A stretch of DNA of 20,000 nucleotides. Origin: Albugo candida (Eukaryota). The first letter of the stretch is position 1, and each line of letters starts with the position of its first letter. This document shows, piece by piece, positions 11,207-20,000 of the stretch. Below the pieces are notes generated by a model. It was given only the letters and a program-made list of their open reading frames with translations, did no database searches and had not been told where the DNA came from. The stretch is taken from assembly GCA_040437565.1 (NCBI GenBank), contig JBDOQK010000013.1, positions 554,996 through 574,995 on the forward strand. The letters run 5' to 3'. Both the position numbers and the translations under genes were made by a program.

Positions 11207-11578
11207 ATGCGCATGTGGCAATTCCGATCAAATTTCTCGCGATTTTTGATATGTTTCTTGACCTTGTCTGTCGAAGAACGGTTTGTAAACAGTCCATGTT
11301 TATCATGTGAGCGGCAACAGGTAAGCTTTTTTAGAAGGATTCTGGAACGTGCTGCCGCAGAGTTAAGAAAGCAAATAGAAGGCATGCAGCAACAAGTGCA
11401 CAACTTCATAAGACGTTTTAATGGCGATTTTTTGAACAAGACCCGAACCAAAAGTGGATCCATTGATAACCAAACCATGTTTTATTTTCACTTCAGGTTT
11501 AGGATAGTATTTTATGAACGGTTATCGACTTTTGTTTGTGTATCAGATTTCCCATCTAGAGAAAATTGCGTTGCATAA
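11207..11578 (+). CDS. Hypothetical 123-aa ORF, possibly small secreted protein or captured gene fragment
   Basis: Hydrophobic leader (FSRFLICFLTLSV), CLSC and an amphipathic helix (RRILERAAAELRKQIEGMQQQVHNF). Inr-like TCACTCCAATTTC at about 11094. No recognisable family, and an antisense ORF of equal length overlaps it. Confidence 0.3.
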   Translation: MRMWQFRSNFSRFLICFLTLSVEERFVNSPCLSCERQQVSFFRRILERAAAELRKQIEGMQQQVHNFIRRFNGDFLNKTRTKSGSIDNQTMFYFHFRFRIVFYERLSTFVCVSDFPSRENCVA

Positions 11579-14158
11579 TGGCCGCCACTATGGCCACAGA
11601 CATTAATACTACGGCCACAAACAAAACTACTACGGCTACAGACAAGAGAGATAACCAATCACAGCTCACAAATTTCAATTGTTGCTAAGTACACCAGCCA
11701 ATCAGGTCACTTGTCTTCTTTTATACACGAGCTCAATCACGATTCGGGTTAGATATCCGCAGCACTCTCAGAAGACATGGACATGGAGCAGCAGCAGAAC
11801 GAACAATTCACCAGGCGGAAGATCATAAAAGAACATATGAATGAGGTAGCTGCTGCAAATGGCTATAAAATTGTCACCAAGTCATCATACAAGCAACGAG
11901 ATGGACGACAAGTTGTTCACTACAATGCGATCGTGGAGGCGTCGATAGAAATTGTCACGGACTTGTCCAAGAAACAAGGGCTTGGAAGGCTAAAGGTAGT
12001 GCACTCATTGACTGCCCTTTCGAAGGTGTTGAAAAGGAATCGAAAGGTGAAGCCACGCATCATGGTTCAGTAAGTTCACCGAGGTTCTCAACGTTCCAAT
12101 TAACAATCTCCTCCCAATTACAGACGGCACCTAGTCTTTTACAATTACATGCAACGAGCATAGCCACGAACCTTCCACCGTCAGGACCGCTCATCCAGTT
12201 CACACTCGCATCTCGTAGTCTCAAGAGGAAGAAATTGCTAAACACTTTCAGTACGGTTGAAAGCTAGGCAGGTTCAAACCATCATGCGAGAGCAAGGCCA
12301 GCAATTGGAAGTCACTAAACTTAAGATCTGGAATTTGAAGCAAAAGAATGCAATCAGGAAATTCGATAGACGAACTCCAATGTATATGCTGTTCGAAAAC
12401 CTTCACGGACTTTGGTTTCGAAATAAATATCAAGAAAGAATCCAATGGGTCATCACACATTTGTTCTTCGCTCATTCTAAGAATGTGGAACTCTTAAGGA
12501 AGTACTGTGACGTCTTGTTGCTAGATTGCACCCATAAAACAAGCAAGACGAGATTTCATTTGCTCCACGTTGTTGGAAATACCATGCTATATTCCACGTT
12601 CTCGACGGCCTTCGTTTTCATGAAGAACGAAGATGCTGACTCGTATGTTACCGCCATCACCTTCTTACGACGACTTTTCCACGCTAACCATCAACCGAAA
12701 GTATTCGTTATTGACCACGAGCTTGCTCTCATGAACGCTGTGCGGATAATTTTTCCTTTGCCAACTATCCTGCTTTGCATTTGGCACATTGATAAGAACG
12801 TCGTTGCCAAATGCAAGCTCCGTTTTACTGGAAAGGATGATTATTGGGAAGCATTTTCGAAGGAATGGAGATCGGTAATTTGCATTTATATTTGTGATTA
12901 GTAATTTTCATTCATGTTATAAATCATTTCTTCTTGTGCAGGTGGTTTACTCAAACACGATCGCGGAGTTCAATGAAAATTGGGAAGTTACCAACTCACA
13001 TGGACAGAACACCACACGAAATCTGTGGAGTATCTAGCCAAGTCGCGGATCGAGCGGATAGATCAAACCCTAAAAATCTTCCAGATCGAATTCACCACAA
13101 ATTTGACGAAGCTGCAAATGAAAATTATATCTTTCGCGCAGCCAACCCCACGTGGGGACATTTTCCAATATATCAACCGGAAGATCTCATATTACGCCCT
13201 TCGGAAAGTATTTGAACAGGTTAGTTTATAATATTCCTCTCTCCCTACGTGTTTTTCCAATAACTAATGTTTGCAATGACAGCTGGAAAAAGCTCGACGT
13301 CCAATGGCAACCGGCGCGAAGCCATGCTCTTCTACTTTTGCTACCATCTGGGGGATACCGTGCAAGCATCAGTTGCGGCAGATCATCCCAAGCGGGAGGA
13401 GGCTTGAATTGAACGATTTCGATGTTCATTGGCACCTTTATCAAATATCTTCAGTACGACCTCCAGTGTGATGCTTTTTACAGTCCTATTCGAAATATTA
13501 CGCGACAATTCCAGCAGCCTACCTCGCCAACAGAAAGAGGCAGTTTTCGACGATCTGGAAGAGATATCGCAGGTATTTCGCGACTGATTTTTTCCGTTTG
13601 ATATTTCAATGGGTACTAACGCTGTTAAAATTAGCAAACACCACAAGTCCTCGAAGAGCCGGAGGTTTCTCGAACGAGAGGAAGACCAGGCGCAATTAGC
13701 AACAAACCTCGCCGTGACGAGAACCTTCTCAATTTGAATACGTGGAGGGGATGCCTCCTTGGAAGAGAAAGGCCACGACGTGCGGTACTTGTCATCAAAC
13801 CGGACACCGACGTTCATCTGCAGCATGCCCGTCAATGCACAGAGCGGAAGTCAATATCTCGTAACAGTTGAACGCCATCCCATCAAAGATTCTCAAGAGC
13901 AACAGTCACCTTTTCAACATCCTACTCTTTCGAGTGTCTACTATTAAACTACCTGATATAGACATCAGAAAAATCGTACATACGCTAGAACAATATAAAG
14001 AAAAACAGCGTAAGAAAAAGAATGAGCTCGTGTATAAAAGTAGATAAGTGACCTGATTGGCTGGCGTACTTAGCAAAAATTAAATACTGTGAGCTTGGTC
14101 AGATCAATTGTCTGTGGCCGTAGTATCAATGTCTGTGGCTATAGCGGCGGTCTTCCCC
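11579..14158 (+). mobile_element. Mutator-like element (MULE-B), defective, with ~135-155-bp TIRs
   Basis: 11579-11735 (GCCGCCACTATGGCCACAGACATT...AGCCAATCAGGTCACTTGTCTTCTTTTATACACGAGCTC) is the inverted match of 14024-14158 (ends ..GCGGCGGTCTTCCCC). The left TIR lacks the terminal GGGGAA and no TSD was found. Confidence 0.88.
11777..13864 (+). pseudogene. MULE transposase pseudogene with four introns (12047-12123, 12875-12941, 13220-13282, 13573-13634)
   Basis: CDRGG..DCPF..HSHEP (FAR1-like), LLDCTHKT, VIDHELALMNA, LCIWH, SWIM-like C..WGIPCKH, RGRP, and REPSQFE..CGTCHQTGH...C. Contains frameshifts and stops, and the catalytic Glu segment is missing. Confidence 0.9.
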
Positions 14159-14304
14159 AGATATATTATAATTTATTTTTTGGAGTGTTGATATCCCGAC
14201 AACTTGTTTTTTAATTACATTTTTATATTTCATTCTAAAATTACGTCATGCCTACTCAAATTATCACTTCCATAACTTTTTTGAAACAATAAATAGTGGG
14301 TATT

Positions 14305-14528
14305 TGTTGTTTTAGCTGGTAAAATGAAACGTGAATACATTAGGGTCCTTAGTTGTTGTTACTATTCTAAGCCCTAGCCTTCACGCATTGTCTTATAACC
14401 TTTGCTGTATCAATCTTGATTTGTGGAATATGATGTACTGTCTTTACATTGTTTCTTGACCTCGAATATCAGCATCCGATTGGCGGAACCCTTTTCCGAT
14501 CTTATGTTTGGCTGATGCCATTGCGACA
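14305..14528 (-). repeat. 3' LTR (224 bp)
   Basis: 14361-14528 aligns without gaps to 18436-18603 with 12 mismatches in 168 nt. TG/CA ends and adjacent PPT at 14529-14537. Confidence 0.93.
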
Positions 14529-17500
14529 CTTCCTCTTGACGCACAATTCCTGACAATTGATTTCCGTACCAGTTGTTGGATTTGTTTCGTCGAAATGACT
14601 TTCGTTAAAAAATCGGCCAATTGATCCTTTGATTCGATATACTTGATTTCAACGTTGCGTTGTTGAAGTTGTTCACGAATGAAGTGATATCTTATGTCGA
14701 TATGCTTCGCACGACTCTGATATCTATTATTCATTGCAATTACTATTGCAATCTGATTGTCTTCATATACGATAGTGCTGACTATATCCCGTACACCAAT
14801 TTCGGATAGCAAATTCCTTGTCCATAATGACTCCTGTATACGTAATGATAAAGCAATGTATTCTGCTTCAGCTGTACTCAAAGCTACACTTTGCTGTAAT
14901 TTCGATTTGAAAACGACTGGAGATGAGTTCAAAATAAGCATAAACCCAGATGTTGACTTCCGGTTATCCTTATTACTGGCCCAATCCGCATCGCAAAATG
15001 AAGCTAGTTGGATCTGAATTTTGTTTGTCCCAAAATATATTCCTGTCGTGATTGTCGACTTCAAGTACCGGAGGTCTCTAATTGCTGCGTTCCAGTGTTC
15101 TTCGCCAGGATTTTCAGGATGGCGACTGAGTTGGTTTACTGCAAATGCGATGTCAGGCCTTGTTCCATTTGCGATATACAAAAGCGATCCCACCAAAGAC
15201 CTATAAGGTCTATCGACCATTCTTGAATCCTTTTCTTAGATCTTTATGAGAAACTGTCCTAGAATGGAAGGATTATCAACAAATTTGAAATTGACTTGAT
15301 TGTACTTTTCAACCATCCTGGATATGATTGCTTGCTGGCTGATACACATAACTTTCTCCAATCGATCATAGTTTACTTCAATACCAACTAAGAATCGAAC
15401 ATTGCCAAGTTTCTTGAGCTTAAAATGTTTTGATAACTTATCGACAAATTCTCCAATTCCATCCTCGCATTGTTATCCAATGAGTAGATCATCAACGTAC
15501 AACGTGACCAGTAAAACTGATTTACCCTGTCGTCTAACAAAAATGAAGGGTTCTGCCTTGCACTGATTGAAGTTCATTCCAATGATAAAGTATGAGATAG
15601 TCTTGTACCAAGTCGATGCAGCTTGTTTCAATCCATAAAGACTTCGACTTGGTTTTAGAACTTTATTTTAACCAATTTTGAATCCTTTAGGAGGAAAAAC
15701 ATACCCTTCTTCTTTCAAGTTACCACCAATTTAAGAATGCCGTGTCCACATCAAATTGATGAATATAAGCTCCAATGTGACAGCAATAAGCTAAAAATAC
15801 TCGAATTGAATTCATATTGGCCACAGGCGAGTAAGTTTCCATGTAGTCCACCCCATGAGTTTGTCTATATCCAAGTGCAACTACTCGGGCTTTGTATCTG
15901 TCAATTTCACGGTAGTCGTTTCTTTGAATTGTGAATACCCATTTTGTACCAATAACCTTCTTCATGGGATTCGATCAACGCATGTCCAAATCTTTTTGTT
16001 CTTTAATGCTGAAAGCTGATTTTCATTGGCTTGCTTCCACAATCCACCTTCTGGAGAATGAACTGCTTCGTCATATGTCGCAGGTGCCTCTAATGCTGCG
16101 TTTGCCTGCTCATATTTAATCCTGTATCTTTTACATGGACGATCTTGTGATGGTACTATTGCCGTCGAATGCTCGTAAGGAACTATTTCTTGCTCGTTCA
16201 TACCAGTCGGTAGTGCAGCATTGGACCTATATGGGACAAATAACGGTGAGCCATTCGAACCATCTGTTCTCCCCTAGGTACAATACTTCTGTTAACCTCG
16301 TCTTCTTCCATTTCGGTATCGTGGCATCCTTGATCGTTATCCTCTTCAATGTTTTCCATTGAGACATCATTAGAATCATTTCGTGCATCAAGTGTAATCT
16401 CATCAATGTCCAAATCTTCGAAAATCTGGTCGGTTGCATCACAATCTGTGTGTGTTATTTCTACAACATTTGAGTGGGCTCATCCATCAAACGTCGCCGA
16501 ACGTGTTAACCCAATCCGTTTTCGTTTTTGATTCCAGATGCGACATCATTTTGCATCTTCGGAATAGCCCAGAAAAATATAAGGAACGACCTTGTTTTCG
16601 AATTTGGATCGTTTCGATTGTCGACATGCGCAAATCCAGGTGAGCCAAACACGATAAAATGCGAGATATCCGTTTTGACTTTAAACATGACTTCATGAGG
16701 TGTTTTAATTCCGTTTGCTGCGCACGGTAGACGATTTGTAATATAGGTAGCTGTATTCATTGCTTCCACCCACCAAATTTCATCCAAGTTCATGTGTGAA
16801 AGCATTGAACGTGAACTTTCCGTCAATGTTCTGTTCGTCCTTTCAGCTAGTCCGTTTTACTAAGGAGAGAAAGGAACGTTCGTTTGATGTCGGATATCAT
16901 TTTTAAGACATATTACCCCAAGTGATTTGTTGATATATTCTGTGCCATTATCGGTTCTGATGCTCTTGATTCTCTTACTGGTCTGAATTTTCATAAACGC
17001 TTTGTAGTTTTTGAATGAGTCCACTACTACGGTTTTGGATTTCAAGAAATAAGCTTTGACATATCTGAAATAATCGTCGATGAATGATATTATATACCTT
17101 GAAGTACTTTGTGGCTTTGTCCTCATTGGACCCATGACATCACAATGAACTAATTCCAGAGTTGTCTTTGTCTTGCTTTTACCATATGTCGTGGTAGGAA
17201 ATGGTTTTACAAAAGCTTTTCCATCCAAGCATCCTTCATATAAAACGTTTTCGTCTTCCAAAGAGCTTTGTTGAGCCTTGATTCTGTATCTTATCACGCA
17301 CATTTTAGCTTTTTCCATCCTCTGTTTCGACATGTGTCCTAATCTTGCGTGCCATATTTCTTCATTCGCTTCTGGAGTGTGTTGATGCTCTTTGCCAAAA
17401 AGAGCACTTTCAGATATAGTTCCATATAATACGAATAGTTTTCCACTGCGCTCGATACTGACAATCTTTGTCGTTTCACTGCTGATTTCACAATTTGACT

Positions 17501-18435
17501 TTCTAAAAGTTACTTGTATACCTTTTCTGTTCATTGCAGATACTGACAAGAGTCGTTTGTCGAGCTTTGGAACATACAAAACATCTTCCATTCGAATTTT
17601 TTCTCCATTTGGAAGTGTCAAATGTATATTTGCGATACCAATTGCTTCTAGCTTCCCTCCATTTGTAATTGATATGCTTATATAGCTCTTCATCGGCCGA
17701 AGCTGGCTGAAATCTTTTTCAGTGAATGACATGTGGCTAGATGCACCACTATCCAGTATCCATTCACAGTGGTTATTAAGAGAAAGCGTGTTCGCTCTTT
17801 TCTTTATTTTGATTGTTTAATTTTTAGCAATCTTTTTTGATATGTCCAACTTTGTTATAATGAAAGCATTTGATATCGACCTTTCTGTGGAAATTCTCAA
17901 TTCCATTCCATTATCGATGGGGACCTTTGTTCTTGTACTTCCTAGCACGCAACGCCACTTCATTACCTTCCTTTCTTTGTAGGCCTTCAAACTCCCTGCG
18001 GAGCATTTCCTTAGCCTGTAAAATTTTGATCCCTTGAATGTTTACAATGATCTTGCTTATCTGATCATGTTCATTCGATAGACTTCCCAGCAATATTATT
18101 AACTTTTCGCCCTCACTTATACCATCACCTAATGCCTCCATTGATAGGCGTAAATCATCAAAGTTTGAAAGTGCTGCATTACACTTACATTTTTGACTAG
18201 CTTTAAATGGTTTAATTCCTTTTTCTTCTGCACACGATTATGGATATTCCATCTCAGATGAAAGCTTTGCAGTACTTCCCACACTTCGGAGGCTGTACGA
18301 GCATTTCTGATCAATGATTGGAAACTTATACCGATTGACATCGATATTATGGCGAATGCCTTCAAGTCATTGACTCTCTATGATTCAGAGACTTGCTATT
18401 CAGCAATTGGTACTTTAGTTGCATCAATGTGGTCC
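14444..18435 (-). pseudogene. Copia gag-pol polyprotein pseudogene
   Basis: Gag (KAFAIISMSI..; LLGSLSNEHD; knuckle CFHYNKVGHIKKDC), protease WILDSGASSHM, WHARLGH, integrase LVHCDVMGP / FIDD / IRTDNGTEY / NGLAERTNRTL, RT KWVF..YKARVVALGY..DVDTAFLN..SLYGLKQA..YVDD, and RNase H DADWAS..EAEY..EDN..KHIDIRYHF..ADFLTK. Many stops and frameshifts. Confidence 0.95.
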
Positions 18436-18603
18436 ACTGTTCTAAGCCCTAGCCTTTATGCATTGTGTTATAGGCTCCGCTGTATCAATCTTGATTTGTG
18501 GAATGTGACGCACTGTCTTTACATTGTTTCTTGACCTCGAATATCAGCATCCGATTGGCGGAACCCTTTTCCGATCTTATGATTGGCTGATGCCATTGCG
18601 ACA
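18436..18603 (-). repeat. 5' LTR, truncated at its inner end (168 of 224 bp)
   Basis: Homology to the 3' LTR stops at 18436 and joins directly to gag sequence. No PBS. Confidence 0.88.
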
Positions 18604-18971
18604 GTATTGGTATCCCGACAACTTTTTTGTATATTAGGTTTATCTTAATTATAATTTAGATTACGTCGTGCCTACTTAAAGTATTACTCCCACAACTTTT
18701 TTGAAAAATAAATAAGTTTACATTTCTAACTTATAGAGGTCATTTACGCCTAAGGCTAATCTAGTAATATAGATACCTCAAACTGAGCTTGACACTAATC
18801 ATCAATAGACGATTCATTGCCCGCTTGTTGAGCTTTAATGCGTCGTAGAGATGCAAAGGTTATCATACACTAACGACCGAAAATAGAATGTATCATGAAA
18901 AATCCTGTGAAGGAAAAAAATCCAAATTTAACTAAAGCTTGTCCTGAATCGAAGCTTGTGACCGGAATACT

Positions 18972-19046
18972 GCAAGACATCTTATTCTGACCGACTCTTC
19001 CGCAATTGCTGCCCCTGCATTTTCCCTGTGTTTGATGCTCAAACGC
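18972..19046 (-). pseudogene. MULE transposase C-terminal zinc-knuckle remnant
   Basis: Reads AFEHQTQGKCRGSNCGRVGQNKMSC, matching SQFE...RRCSNCGRTGHNRRRC of MULE-A. Confidence 0.6.
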
Positions 19047-19460
19047 TATGTGTCAAAATAAAAATTCTCACATATCAGCCTGTCGCAGTTGGAACATTCT
19101 GTGTATTAGCCTATCACAGTTGGAATAATCTGTGTATAAGCCAAAAACATATAATTCCCGTCTGAACTTGCTGAAGCAGCAAGTTAGGGTCTGTATGNNN
19201 NNNNNNNNNNNNNNNNNNNNNNNNNNNNNNNNNNNNNNNNNNNNNNNNNNNNNNNNNNNNNNNNNNNNNNNNNNNNNNNNNNNNNNNNNNNNNNNNNATG
19301 CTCAAACGCTATGTGTCAAAATAAAAATTCTCACATATCAGCCTGTCGCAGTTGGAACATTCTGTGTATTAGCCTATCACAGTTGGAATAATCTGTGTAT
19401 AAGCCAAAAACATATAATTCCCGTCTGAACTTGCTGAAGCAGCAAGTTAGGGTCTGTATG
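19035..19460. other. 100-N gap (19198-19297) flanked by an identical 163-nt overlap; contains an imperfect 31-nt tandem pair
   Basis: 19035-19197 is identical to 19298-19460. Internal pair: ATCAGCCTGTCGCAGTTGGAACATTCTGTGT / ATTAGCCTATCACAGTTGGAATAATCTGTGT. Confidence 0.9.
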
Positions 19461-20000
19461 GATGTAATTAGGTAGCAATAAATAGAATAAGTGATTTAAT
19501 ATTAATATTAGGTATTTTAATTATAAGAAACATTCATGTCTTTGTTAGTGAGGAGAAAGTTGTGATTGTAATAAGTTAACTAGGCATGTTATTATACCAA
19601 AAAAAAACTGTCGGGATATCAAAAAAATTGTCGGGATGTCAATACCTTTTTTTCTGGCCGATGAAAAAAATGAGGATAAGATTATAGGCGTCTTGACCTA
19701 TACCCATCTAATTGAATTTTTCTCCGTCTATGGTTCTACATTAAATGCGGTCATACCGACTGGATGTTTCGCATCGCTCTAGTGATTCACATCACCGCCA
19801 CGTAATGCGACATTGACTATATATGTGTCATTACTACGAATACAACCATACCGTGCATATCATGCCATCGTCATGTATGTACCATATTAAAGCCAACGTT
19901 TCTTGAAGTTTGGAGGTGTGGAGTTGTGAAAACGGGATACGATACCAATGACAGTTTGAACAATCTTGAACAAGATGTGCTTTTTTCGGATCAGCTCTTA

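Larger units (their letters stand above)
14305..18603 (-). mobile_element. Ty1/Copia LTR retrotransposon, defective
   Basis: TG...CA termini and perfect 5-bp TSD GTATT (14300-14304, 18604-18608). Domain order gag-PR-IN-RT-RH on the minus strand. PPT AAGAGGAAG lies immediately before the 3' LTR. Confidence 0.97.
14183..19647 (-). mobile_element. Non-autonomous MULE (family C, copy 2; ~0.9 kb after removing the nested Copia and gap duplication)
   Basis: Left end GAGTGTTGATATCCCGACAAC and right end TTGTCGGGATGTCAATACCT are inverted. Candidate 9-bp TSD TATTTTTTG (14174-14182) / TTTTTTCTG (19648-19656), 7/9 identical. Transposase C-terminal remnant on the minus strand at 18972-19046. Confidence 0.75.

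Noticed and set aside
11321..11496. Intron from CAG/GTAAGC to TTCACTTCAG in the orphan ORF
   Set aside because: Splicing gives an immediate stop (GTT TAG), and about 176 nt is far longer than the 58-77-nt introns elsewhere in the window.
10598..11645. GCCACAGAC repeats as a CRISPR-like or ncRNA repeat array
   Set aside because: Only 2-3 short copies per cluster with ~12-nt gaps. They recur inverted at 14110-14140 as MULE TIR subrepeats, the context is eukaryotic, and there are no cas genes.
13383..13835. 150-aa minus-strand ORF and other antisense ORFs (5560-5851, 8910-9260, 14757-15226, 17392-17685)
   Set aside because: They are shadows of real or relic coding sequence on the opposite strand and carry no motifs.
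14444..14528. Extra C-terminal domain on the Copia RNase H
   Set aside because: It is read-through past the PPT (SRGSV) into the 3' LTR, which is common in Copia elements.
10009..19647. One 9.6-kb composite transposon bounded by the C1 left end and the 19647 right end
   Set aside because: The flanks (ATAAAAAAA vs TTTTTTCTG) do not form a TSD, whereas 14183-19647 has a 7/9 TSD. An unsized gap also lies inside.
19657..20000. Gene or ncRNA after the transposon block
   Set aside because: No ORF of 60 aa or more and no recognisable structure within the window.

Overview
Eukaryotic, oomycete-like scaffold (about 60-nt GT-AG introns, four 100-N gaps). A decayed CCG-type motif points to Albugo, but that assignment is inference. 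1-3.7 kb: heavily decayed minus-strand sequence beginning with a signal peptide and a degenerate CxxCxxxxxG motif (candidate effector pseudogene). 4.9-7.5 kb: two intact convergent genes, a 4-exon PI-PLC-like phosphodiesterase (548 aa, +) and an FSH1-family serine hydrolase (235 aa, -). 7.6-19.65 kb: a nearly gap-free cluster of dead transposons. It contains an intronless MULE (A), a non-autonomous MULE end (C1), an orphan TIR plus about 0.9 kb of possible cargo, a MULE with a 4-intron transposase (B), and a second non-autonomous MULE (C2) into which a Ty1/Copia retrotransposon inserted (TSD GTATT). I see no CRISPR array, RNA gene or prokaryotic system, and no clearly novel system. The best leads are the effector relic, the bacterial-type PLC-like enzyme, a possible TIR-derived promoter and a Pack-MULE candidate.
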